From: Gammaproteobacteria bacterium
GTDB lineage: Bacteria; Pseudomonadota; Gammaproteobacteria; Ga0077536
Direction of reading: 5' to 3'
NCBI GenBank assembly: GCA_047611905.1
Contig: JBLFWZ010000004.1
Coordinates: 1-54,395, forward strand
DNA: 54,395 bases
The position numbers were made by a program, and so were the translations under genes. This document shows, piece by piece, positions 30,206-38,676 of the stretch (position 1 is its first letter; each line of letters opens with the position of its first letter). The notes beneath the pieces are model-generated. The model was not told the DNA's origin and searched no databases. It saw only the letters and a program-made list of their open reading frames with translations.

Positions 30206-30760
30206 ATGGAAAAAATAAAATTATTTCGTAATTACTTTGTTCCTTGCATTGCCCTCTTATTTTTTATGGTCGGAGAGTCTCATGCCGCATCGGCGACCGA
30301 AATAGATATCAAAGTTGATTCGGCTGTCAAACGATTCGCGAACGAAGTCGATACAGGTCAGGCATTCCTTAAAGCAGCTAAAGGCGTGCTGATATTCCCG
30401 AACGTCGTTAAAGCCGGTTTCGGTATTGGCGGCGAATACGGCGAGGGAGCGATGCGCATTAGTGGCAAAACCGTGGACTACTACAACACCGCTGCCGCCT
30501 CAATTGGATTTCAAATCGGCGCCCAGACAAAGACCATCATTTTGGTCTTTCTAGAAGACAAGGCGTTGAACACGTTTCGCGCTAGCGACGGGTGGGAAGC
30601 TGGAGTCGATGGCGCAGTTGCGCTGATTCAGATCGGCGCTGGTGGTTCGATCGATACGTCTAATGTCACCGATCCTATCGTCGGGTTCGTGCTCAACAAC
30701 AAAGGTTTGATGTACAACCTTACTCTAGAAGGATCAAAAATGACGAAAATTAAGAAATAG
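30206..30760 (+). CDS. Ysc84/SYLF lipid-binding domain exported protein
   Basis: Signal peptide, AKGVLIFP.V.KAGFGIGGEYGEG, SIGFQIGAQ, GLMYNLTLEGSK. Confidence 0.88.
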   Translation: MEKIKLFRNYFVPCIALLFFMVGESHAASATEIDIKVDSAVKRFANEVDTGQAFLKAAKGVLIFPNVVKAGFGIGGEYGEGAMRISGKTVDYYNTAAASIGFQIGAQTKTIILVFLEDKALNTFRASDGWEAGVDGAVALIQIGAGGSIDTSNVTDPIVGFVLNNKGLMYNLTLEGSKMTKIKK

Positions 30761-30778
30761 CGACGAGACTTTCATGGT

Positions 30779-31594
30779 CTACGATTGTTTGAGATGCAAG
30801 TCGCGTATGCCATTTTGGATTTCATCGATGCTGCGATTTTCGTGGTGCCTCGATGCTGGGGTTAGAAATGATTCAAGTCGGGTGGCGAGTCGGATCGGAT
30901 TGGGTTCGCGACGTATAGTGATCACGCCATCGGTGACGAGTTGCTGTAGAAGCAATTCACGTTCGGTTCGCGCATGGATGCTTTCTGCGATCGGAGTCAA
31001 TAGGAAATTGCTGATCACAATCCCGTAGAGCGTTGAGGTCAAAGCAATCGGTATCGATTTCAAGATGACTTCCGGATCACCAATACCGGCCAACATCGCA
31101 ATTAGACCAATGACACTACCCGCAACGCCGAATGCCGGAGCAAGTTTTGCCGCGTGACGAAAAACTCTTTCATGCTGCGATCGCCGTTGTTTGAAATAGA
31201 ACATTTCTGTATGTAAAATTTCATGTAGATCGTCATCTTTGAAGCCGTCGACCAGTAAGTTCAGCGCCCTTCGGAGAAAACCAATGGTAGTTTGCTCACT
31301 GTAGTTTTCTAACGCCAAGAGGCCGTCACTGCGCGTGCGTACCGCCAGATCCCGCAACACCGCGATCACCCGCTCCGGCGTCAGCATTTTGCGAGAATAC
31401 GTATTCAACGCGACGAGGACCGCGGCGCGAATGTCCGCGAGAGGATAACTCAAACACATCGCGCCTAAGGTTCCGGAAACAACCACAATGATGCCGACTC
31501 CGTTGAGTAAAAGGCCGGGATTTTCCGTGAACATAAACGTGGCAGCGTAGATCCCTGTGCACAGCACAACACCCATCCAATTTAAGCTGCCCAT
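30779..31594 (-). CDS. motA: MotA/PomA-type stator A subunit
   Basis: N-terminal TMs, RSDGLLALE, LLVDG, APAFGVAGSVIGLI.ML, ALTSTLYG, NP..L...LESFL. Confidence 0.88.
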   Translation of the reverse strand: MGSLNWMGVVLCTGIYAATFMFTENPGLLLNGVGIIVVVSGTLGAMCLSYPLADIRAAVLVALNTYSRKMLTPERVIAVLRDLAVRTRSDGLLALENYSEQTTIGFLRRALNLLVDGFKDDDLHEILHTEMFYFKQRRSQHERVFRHAAKLAPAFGVAGSVIGLIAMLAGIGDPEVILKSIPIALTSTLYGIVISNFLLTPIAESIHARTERELLLQQLVTDGVITIRREPNPIRLATRLESFLTPASRHHENRSIDEIQNGIRDLHLKQS

Positions 31595-31595
31595 A

Positions 31596-32432
31596 TCATT
31601 GTTCCTCTAGTCCGTCGTCGGCGATTTCTCGGGTGATAATTATTTCGACCCGGCGGTTTAGCGCGCGCGTCGTTTCGTTCTCGTTCGGGTGGGCGGGTTC
31701 ATACTGACCTCTACCAACCACTACGAACCGCGCAGGATTGATCGCTGCGCTGGCAATTAAGTGTCGCGCCACTCGGCTTGCCCGCACGACCGACAATTCC
31801 CAGTTGCTCGGAAACTCACGCGTGCGGATTGGATTATCGTCGGTGTGTCCGATGACGTGAATTTGGTAGGGAGTTTGTCGAATCACCCCCGCGAGTCGAT
31901 CGAGGAATTCGGTCATTTCAGGAAGTAACGCGGTTTTACCGCGCTGGAAGAACATCGGACCCTGGACGCTCACTTTTACCGACTGATCGTCAAGTAACGC
32001 GATATCGATGTTTTTCAGTTGGGTCTCGAGAACCGCGGCTCTACTTCGATCGAAAACGTTTAGCTGCATAAGCGATTCAAATGAAGGCGGTGGTTTTGGT
32101 ACTTCCTTTTCCACATCGCGGTCTTTCTGAATTTCGTGTATCTGTGGTACAGGATTCGCCCGATAACGGATTGCGACCTCTGGATCAGCAGACTTGACAG
32201 CTAATAATGCAGCGAATAGGACGAACATCACCATCATCAGATCCGACCACGGGACCGACCACAGATCATCACCAGAAAAATCGTCGACGAAAGTCCGTCC
32301 GTAAACTTTCTCGAATTCTTCAAAGGTACGACTGCCCAGCTTAATACTCGCAGGCTCAAGCGCGGCGCTCTCTCCTGCGATCTCAGACTCCTGAGATCTA
32401 GGCGGTGAGGTATCTTCTGAGTCGTTAGTCAT
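31596..32432 (-). CDS. motB: MotB/PomB-type stator B subunit (TM Asp + OmpA-like peptidoglycan-binding domain)
   Basis: WSVPWSDLMMVMFVLF helix, GHTDD.PI...FPSNWELS..RA, NRRVEI. Confidence 0.88.
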   Translation of the reverse strand: MTNDSEDTSPPRSQESEIAGESAALEPASIKLGSRTFEEFEKVYGRTFVDDFSGDDLWSVPWSDLMMVMFVLFAALLAVKSADPEVAIRYRANPVPQIHEIQKDRDVEKEVPKPPPSFESLMQLNVFDRSRAAVLETQLKNIDIALLDDQSVKVSVQGPMFFQRGKTALLPEMTEFLDRLAGVIRQTPYQIHVIGHTDDNPIRTREFPSNWELSVVRASRVARHLIASAAINPARFVVVGRGQYEPAHPNENETTRALNRRVEIIITREIADDGLEEQ

Positions 32433-32614
32433 GAGTGCTTCTCATAGGCCGTTTAGCGACCACCAACTCTAAAACCTTAGAGGTTAATCGAGCGCCGAGG
32501 CTTCGCGAGAACGGGCTAGAAGTGAAACAGGGTTTGTCTAACCGAAGGGCCGTCGGGATTCCCTTACGCGCGCGGGTTAGAATGGCGCATGAATACCAAT
32601 CCAAATACTAGACC

Positions 32615-33610
32615 GTGACGCTTGAACCCAGCCATCCGTTCGACACTTTAACCCCGGATTTCATACTCAATTCGCTAGAAGAACACGGCGTACTCAGTGA
32701 TGGTCGGTTACTGGCGTTGAACAGTTACGAAAATCGCGTTTATCAAATCGGTATCGAAGATGGAGAGCCACTCGTTGCTAAGTTCTACCGACCGGATAGG
32801 TGGAGCGACGACCAAATCTACGAGGAGCACGAGTTTTGTTTCGAACTCGCGGCAAATGAACTCCCGATCGTCGCGCCAATTGTGAATGCCAACGGTGAAA
32901 GCATGCTTCGTTGCGGAGCGTTTCGTGTTGCCTTGTTTCCTCGGCGCGGAGGTCGCACGCCAGACATCGACGATCTAGATAATTTGCTGATCCTAGGCCG
33001 CCTGCTTGGCCGCATCCATTTAACTGGCGCAAATCGGCCGTTCGAACACCGGCCAACAATCAATTGTGTCAACTTCGGACACGATTCCGTAGCAATCGTA
33101 GGCGGGCGTTTTATCCCAGCGGAATTGGCCCCGGCCTACGACTCTTTAGCCGAGGACTTATTAAAAAAATTAGATGCCATCTTCGCTACCGTCGGCGATA
33201 TTGAACACATCCGTGTACACGGCGATTGTCACAGTGGGAACATATTATGGCGCGATGCGACGCCACACTTCGTCGATTTTGACGACTCACGAATGGCACC
33301 GGCAATTCAAGATCTTTGGATGCTGCTGTCTGGCGATCAAGAACGACAACGCGCGCAACTTTCCGAAATTTTAGAAGGCTACGGGGAATTCAACGATTTT
33401 CACTTTAAGGAACTGCAACTCGTCGAAGCGCTGCGCACGTTACGTTTACTACACTACAACGCCTGGCTTGCGGAGCGTTGGGACGACCCAGCATTTCCAC
33501 GTACCTTTACGTGGTTTAACTCGCCGCGTTACTGGGAGCAGCACATCCTCGACCTACGAGAGCAATATGCCGCGTTGGACGAGCCGCCCTTACAAGTATT
33601 TAGCGGCTAA
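32615..33610 (+). CDS. srkA: Stress response Ser/Thr kinase SrkA (YihE/RdoA)
   Basis: LNSYENRVYQ, KFYRP.RWS, HGDCHSGN, DFDD, QDLWMLL, RWDDPAFP. Confidence 0.97.
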   Translation: MTLEPSHPFDTLTPDFILNSLEEHGVLSDGRLLALNSYENRVYQIGIEDGEPLVAKFYRPDRWSDDQIYEEHEFCFELAANELPIVAPIVNANGESMLRCGAFRVALFPRRGGRTPDIDDLDNLLILGRLLGRIHLTGANRPFEHRPTINCVNFGHDSVAIVGGRFIPAELAPAYDSLAEDLLKKLDAIFATVGDIEHIRVHGDCHSGNILWRDATPHFVDFDDSRMAPAIQDLWMLLSGDQERQRAQLSEILEGYGEFNDFHFKELQLVEALRTLRLLHYNAWLAERWDDPAFPRTFTWFNSPRYWEQHILDLREQYAALDEPPLQVFSG

Positions 33611-33636
33611 GGCGTGTTTCCAGTGGCCTATCGAAC

Positions 33637-33937
33637 TTAGGCATTCGTAGTGATGGAAAAGCCTGCTTGAATTATTTTTAATGCGCTTTTGAAACTAGTC
33701 GTTATTCGATTCAACGAGAAAGTGCACGGCAAATAGCCGAACCCGGCTTTACCTACACGACTGCAGGGATGCAGGAGATAGAGCAACGCAGGAGCAGTTG
33801 CCGACGACTGCAGGGATGCGCGAGATACGAGTCCACGGCTAGGATTGCCCCTGCAATCCTTTTGCATTCCCCGCAGTCCATGGCGGTCAGATGGACGAGG
33901 GAGAACTGAGCCGGGAGCGACGCAGGAGCGGTTGCCA
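33637..33937. mobile_element. Composite non-autonomous repeat, copy A: ~125-bp imperfect hairpin element (33637-33760) plus tandem/nested ~45-bp GGA modules
   Basis: Ungapped similarity to 51768-51891; 45-bp ACTGCAGGGATGCAGGAGATAGAGCAACGCAGGAGCAGTTGCCGA identical at 33760-33804 and 51960-52004. Confidence 0.8.
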
Positions 33938-33966
33938 GGTAGGACTACGTTAGGTCCGGCGGGTTC

Positions 33967-34764
33967 CTAGCGACCGCGAAATTTAGCCGGGCGCTTTTCG
34001 CGAAATGCCGTGGTTCCTTCTTGAAGATCGGCTGTTTGACCTAGGCCGTGAAACGACGTCGACTCGAGTCGCAATGCTTCATCCAAACTCATTCCCTGCG
34101 CTCGTACCATGACATCTTTCGCGCGTTGTTGCGCCAATGGTGCCCGCGACGCAAGACGCGCGGCGTATGCGAGTGTCTCATCTAAGACCGATTCTTGCGG
34201 GTAGATTCGGTTAACTAACCCGATGCGTAAGGCGTGGGTCGCATCGAAGCGATCGCCAGAGAGAATCATCTCCATGGCATTGCCAGTTCCGACAATCTCG
34301 CGTAAGCGGATTAATCCACCGTCACAAGGATGGAATCCCCAATTGACGTCTTGAAACCCAAAGGCCGCATGTTCCGAGCAAAACCGGATGTCGCATGCGA
34401 GCGCGAGCTCAAAACCGCCTGAAATCGCGAAACCGTTTACCGCAGCAATGATCGGCTTGGCGATATGTAAGTTTCTGGTAATGCCCCCGAATCCAGGGCC
34501 TTGGGTATATTTCGCGTGAAATTCCGGTGCTGGGGTCGTTGCATAATTCATCGTGTAGGTTTTTAGGTCGGCGCCCGCACAAAACGCCTGACTACCGCTG
34601 CCCGTAATAACGGCCACCCTAAGCTCCGGCTCGCGCGCAAACTCCTGCCATTTCGCTACCAACAAATCGTTGGCAGCGAAATCCAACGAATTCATGACGT
34701 CCGGACGATTGATCGTGATTAGGGCGACATGACCGATCTGCTCAAGTGAGATATCTTCAGGCAT
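33967..34764 (-). CDS. Enoyl-CoA hydratase/isomerase (crotonase) family protein with atypical active-site segment
   Basis: INRP..MNSL, FCAGADL, KPIIAAVNG.AISGGFELALACDIR, FQDVNWGFHPCDGG, AFREKRPA.F. Confidence 0.92.
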   Translation of the reverse strand: MPEDISLEQIGHVALITINRPDVMNSLDFAANDLLVAKWQEFAREPELRVAVITGSGSQAFCAGADLKTYTMNYATTPAPEFHAKYTQGPGFGGITRNLHIAKPIIAAVNGFAISGGFELALACDIRFCSEHAAFGFQDVNWGFHPCDGGLIRLREIVGTGNAMEMILSGDRFDATHALRIGLVNRIYPQESVLDETLAYAARLASRAPLAQQRAKDVMVRAQGMSLDEALRLESTSFHGLGQTADLQEGTTAFREKRPAKFRGR

Positions 34765-34809
34765 GCTCAAGCTCAAGCTCGGCCACGACGAAACAGATGA
34801 CTTGGCCTG

Positions 34810-35256
34810 CTATGCAGCGCCGGTCTGCTGTGCCCATAAACCTTGCGCTTGTTCCCAGCCAACGACTGCGATGGGCGAGCCGTCTGCTTCAATAAATTGC
34901 AGTGGCCCCATGAATGTCATGTAGAACTCACTATCCATGGGGAAAAAAGTTTGGTCGTGGCGCGCGTTGCACGATTCGTAGCCATAGCCCATGGCGAGCG
35001 CGGTTGCACCGCCTTCTTCGACCCCATCGCGTACTTCCATTTTTCCTTTGGTAAGAAGATATTCGCCGGGTCCAACGTGAACGTGGCGGTTAAATGAAGA
35101 CCCTTTTGGGCAATCGAAAATAGCCGTCCACGCGCCAGATTCTGGCGATACATGCAGCAATTTCCAGCGAATACCGCCTTCGGACAGCGTATCTGGAAAC
35201 GGCTGCCATTCGGTTGCGTCAATCTGAACATATTCTTCTTTAACGTGTGTTTTCAT
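34810..35256 (-). CDS. dke1: Acetylacetone (beta-diketone)-cleaving dioxygenase Dke1-like cupin
   Basis: EEYV, PFP..S.GGI.W.LLH.SPE, WTAIF.CP.GSSF..HxH.GPGEY.LTKGKMEVR, FYMTF.GPL.FI recalled as near-continuous match to Acinetobacter Dke1; 3-His metal site (HVH...H). Confidence 0.85.
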   Translation of the reverse strand: MKTHVKEEYVQIDATEWQPFPDTLSEGGIRWKLLHVSPESGAWTAIFDCPKGSSFNRHVHVGPGEYLLTKGKMEVRDGVEEGGATALAMGYGYESCNARHDQTFFPMDSEFYMTFMGPLQFIEADGSPIAVVGWEQAQGLWAQQTGAA

Positions 35257-35423
35257 CGCATTCGCTCCAGGCCCTAGGTCTGCCATGGCAATGGTTAATC
35301 GCCGCGTATTAGATTCGTTGACGGTAAAGAATATACCGCTCTATCAGGCAAATCGACACTAATTGTCAATCCGACGCGCAATTTCAATCGCGGTCACGCT
35401 TAAACCAAGCAGAACAAGTCGCG

Positions 35424-35999
35424 CTATTCGGGTTCGCCGTAATCTTCCTTGGCCAAGCGCGATAGCGATGTAGCCATTTTGCGGGATTGCGAATCACCCA
35501 CATGCGTTTCATAGACATTGCGCACCACGCCGTACTTGTCGATGAGAAAAAATGTCGGCCAGAACCGATTTCTCATGGCCTTCCAATACGAATAATCGTT
35601 GTCGACCATAACCGGATAGGTGAGCCCGAATTCTTCGATCTTGGCGGCAATTTTTGCATGGTCACGTTCGTGGTCGAATTCCGGCGTGTGCACCGCGACT
35701 ATGTGCACGGGCCGATCGGCAAAACGTTCCTGGAGTTTCTTCAGCCGGGCGATAGAGCGAAAACAGTTGTGGCAGCCATAGGTCCAGAATTCCACCAACA
35801 CGGCTTGGCCGCGCAAATCTTTAAGTGATAAGGGCTGCGAGTTAAACCAGTCACTTTGCGCCCGGTGCGAGAATTCAGGCGCTGGATTATCGAGCAGCGC
35901 ATGGCCTTTGCCCGCGTGACTCGGCAATACGGACGAGATGACGATTAAGGCACACGATAAGCAAGCGACGGTGGTAACTTTCCGCACCTTAGTAGCCAT
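35424..35999 (-). CDS. Exported TlpA/DipZ-like thioredoxin (redoxin)
   Basis: Signal/TM segment, EFWTYGCHNC, VHTPEF, N.FWPT.FLIDK.G; ATG at 35999. Confidence 0.88.
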   Translation of the reverse strand: MATKVRKVTTVACLSCALIVISSVLPSHAGKGHALLDNPAPEFSHRAQSDWFNSQPLSLKDLRGQAVLVEFWTYGCHNCFRSIARLKKLQERFADRPVHIVAVHTPEFDHERDHAKIAAKIEEFGLTYPVMVDNDYSYWKAMRNRFWPTFFLIDKYGVVRNVYETHVGDSQSRKMATSLSRLAKEDYGEPE

Positions 36000-36027
36000 C
36001 GTGCGCCACAGCCGCGACACCAGAACG

Positions 36028-36924
36028 CTACGGGGCCGCGAATAATTTTTCTTGAACAACGCTAAACCGCCCAACATCGCGCAGCATTCCCGGATACGCG
36101 CGCGACGTCTGATCGGCGAATTCGGCCAGGCGATCGATTCGCTCGCGGGTCGGAGGGTGAGTCGAAAACATCAGTGATCCGCGCGGCTCAGAAGCATCGA
36201 TCGAATCTAAGGTCGTTAAAACCAACACTAAACCTAAAGGATCGTAACCGGCTCGCGTAGCGATAATCATGCCGGCCTGGTCGGCCGACAATTCGTCCGA
36301 CTGATCCAGGCCGCTCGAATACAATTTAAGACCGGCGCTCATAACCGCACCACTCACCAATGGATTGTCGGCAACATATTCACTAGCCATGCTTGCCGCA
36401 GCGTCGCGTGCAAGCACCGCACGGGCTTGCCCCATGATCGCTTTAACGTGGTGCTTTTTGACCACGTGTGCGATTTCATGCGCAAGAACACCAGCGAGTT
36501 CATCTTCCGAACGCATCAGCCGCACTAAGCCGGCGCTGATGACAACGTTGCCGCCCGGTGTTGCGAATGCGCCCAAGGAGTCCGTATCTACAATGGCGAA
36601 TCGCCATGGTAAATCCGGCCGTTCCGTTTGTACCGAAAGCCAGCGACCCACCCGATTGACGTAGCTTTGTACCGTTGGATCATTGAGTGGAGGCATTGCG
36701 CCGAGTAAGCGCGCCGTGAGATCGTCACCTAGAGCGATTTCCTGATCGAGCGACAACTCGGTGGTACTAGCGACGAGGCGCTGACCAACCTCCAGAGCCT
36801 TGTTCACATCGAGTTTCTTTACAGCGTCCGCTAGCTTGCCAAAATCAAACGCAGCGGCCGACGAAACGAACAGAGAAGTTACGAAAGCAATCGCACAACC
36901 GTAGACGAGCTGCCGCTTTCTCAT
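36028..36924 (-). CDS. M48 family Zn metallopeptidase, exported
   Basis: Signal peptide, YVNRVG, AFATPGG, ELAGVLAHEIAH (HExxH), E..AD, GYDP, THPP..ER. Confidence 0.92.
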   Translation of the reverse strand: MRKRQLVYGCAIAFVTSLFVSSAAAFDFGKLADAVKKLDVNKALEVGQRLVASTTELSLDQEIALGDDLTARLLGAMPPLNDPTVQSYVNRVGRWLSVQTERPDLPWRFAIVDTDSLGAFATPGGNVVISAGLVRLMRSEDELAGVLAHEIAHVVKKHHVKAIMGQARAVLARDAAASMASEYVADNPLVSGAVMSAGLKLYSSGLDQSDELSADQAGMIIATRAGYDPLGLVLVLTTLDSIDASEPRGSLMFSTHPPTRERIDRLAEFADQTSRAYPGMLRDVGRFSVVQEKLFAAP

Positions 36925-37496
36925 TGACGTTCTCCGCTGTAAGGAACATGCCGTGCGCTAAGACCACCGGCGCCGGCAAAAATTTCCGCATCTTCGCTGG
37001 ACATCGCGTACTGGCCAATCGTGGCTAAGGCGTTTGGATCAGGTCGCGCGGTCTCAATTTCTGCCACTGTCAAACCGCGGATACCAATCGTCGAACTTGA
37101 ACGTGCCGCTGAGCGCGAATTGGGCGAGCGGAAACTACTCAAAAACCCGCTAACTGACCGGGAAAATCCGGCAAATCCGCTACCGCTGGAACGTCCAGCC
37201 GATGCGTTCGAAGCCGCAGGCGAATCTCCGAAACGCAATTCTGTAAATCGCAGCCAGCCGCGCACGGGTTCGGCGGCCCCCGCGACACCGAGTCTCACCC
37301 ATAAGCGTTGCCGTTCGAATATCTCGACCCGCGTATTCGCCCCGAGTGTCACGACCGCAGCACTCGCGCGCGACGGATCGCTGCGCAATACGGTCTCGCG
37401 GGTGGTTATAGCTCGGTCGATTACATCTTCTGTCGCGCTGCACGCTAAGCTAGCAAGCAGTCCTATTACGAGTACAAATAATCGAGGTGAAATCAT
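36921..37496 (-). CDS. Exported bacterial SH3-domain protein
   Basis: ATG at 37496, signal peptide, LRSDP...VEIFERQRLWVR...GWLR SH3b-like pattern, C-terminal TIGIRGL segment; ATGA overlap with the M48 gene. Confidence 0.75.
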   Translation of the reverse strand: MISPRLFVLVIGLLASLACSATEDVIDRAITTRETVLRSDPSRASAAVVTLGANTRVEIFERQRLWVRLGVAGAAEPVRGWLRFTELRFGDSPAASNASAGRSSGSGFAGFSRSVSGFLSSFRSPNSRSAARSSSTIGIRGLTVAEIETARPDPNALATIGQYAMSSEDAEIFAGAGGLSARHVPYSGERQ

Positions 37497-37702
37497 TGGA
37501 TTAGTTGTCCGAACAGCACTGGGATTAAAACAGACTTGGGTTTTCAATAATTATTGGCAAAAAAATTGAAGTCGTGTTCAATTCCAGCTGAACGAAATTT
37601 GCAAACAACTGTAAATCCTAACGTATTCGGCCGTAGGGCTCTGCAAGTGCGTGCTATTACCGGACGCGAGGAGCACTAATTATTATACTACGAGGACTTT
37701 CA

Positions 37703-38467
37703 TTGGCTCACCGACGCATGATGCAATTATTCAAACGATTACTGTTTAGCGCTGCGTTGTCGTGCGGCGTCGTGAACCTCTCTGCTTATGCTGCGCAAGT
37801 CAGTTTATATGACGCAAGCCAAGGTAACTTGCCGGCGCAGCAAGGTAGTTTGGTTTTCGCTAATTTTGGGACATCAGAAACTCTAGCCCCTGCTGGCGTT
37901 GACCTCGATTCGGCCCCATTGGATAGTAACCGAGGAGGTTATACAGCAGTTCTAACAAGCCTTAATCGGAACACCGGAGTTAACTTGGATTTCGCCTTGC
38001 AAATTCAGTCCGAAAGTCACCTCGGAAACGCTAATCGTGCAGGCTTTTCAACGATTCTTCTCACGAACGACAATTTCGGTATCGAACTCGGTTTCTGGGA
38101 AAACACTATTTTCGCGCAAGACGCCAGTTTTACCAGCGCCGAGAGCATTTCGTTCGATACGACGGGCGCCCTCACTAGTTTTTCTTTACAAATCCTTGGC
38201 AGCGACTACTCGCTGGTTGCGAATGGTCTGCCCATCTTAGGAGGTTCGTTGAGGGATTATTCGACCAGTGGTGTGATCGTTTTCGGTATACCGATTTATC
38301 AAATTTCTAACTATCTATTTCTTGGTGACGATACGCAAAGCGCCCAGGCTCAAGTTACCTTAGGCGACATCTCAATTACGACCAGCGTCGTGCCAGTCCC
38401 ACCGAGCATTCTGCTAATGCTTAGTGCGTGCCTAGCACTCGCGAGTCGACGCCAATTGAGCGCCTAG
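37703..38467 (+). CDS. PEP-CTERM/VPxP-sorted surface protein (possibly choice-of-anchor Y domain)
   Basis: Signal peptide; ESH...RAGFS...GIELGFW..IFAQ core; C-terminal VPVPP + hydrophobic helix + RR. Confidence 0.8.
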   Translation: MAHRRMMQLFKRLLFSAALSCGVVNLSAYAAQVSLYDASQGNLPAQQGSLVFANFGTSETLAPAGVDLDSAPLDSNRGGYTAVLTSLNRNTGVNLDFALQIQSESHLGNANRAGFSTILLTNDNFGIELGFWENTIFAQDASFTSAESISFDTTGALTSFSLQILGSDYSLVANGLPILGGSLRDYSTSGVIVFGIPIYQISNYLFLGDDTQSAQAQVTLGDISITTSVVPVPPSILLMLSACLALASRRQLSA

Positions 38468-38488
38468 CCGCCGTAGCTAAATATTATT

Positions 38489-38519
38489 GCATCACTGTCG
38501 AGCTGGTCGACAGTGATGC
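38489..38519. terminator. Perfect 13-bp hairpin between convergent genes, probable terminator
   Basis: GCATCACTGTCGA-gctgg-TCGACAGTGATGC; no long T tail on either side. Confidence 0.55.
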
Positions 38520-38676
38520 TCTGCTCGACCCAAACAACCGCCGGCGCCAAATACCAAGGTCGCTGAACACTAGGCGACGATAGGATAGAGGCGAATTTCA
38601 GCCCCCGGCATGTGCGCACGCAAGTGTCTCTCTAGGCCGCACTTTGCGCGCGAACGAGCTAAAGCCGCTGGCCCGA

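Noticed and set aside
30779-32432. Zorya anti-phage system (zorAB)
   Set aside because: A subunit lacks the long ZorA tail, order is reversed, and there is no zorC/D/E; RapA is a housekeeping SNF2 protein 25 kb away
33637-33867. Minus-strand ORFs in both repeat loci (also 51768-52064) sharing SATAPALLYLLHPCS and CTFSLNR peptides
   Set aside because: Similarity is explained by the DNA repeat; substitutions track base pairing rather than synonymous sites; no RBS or shared start
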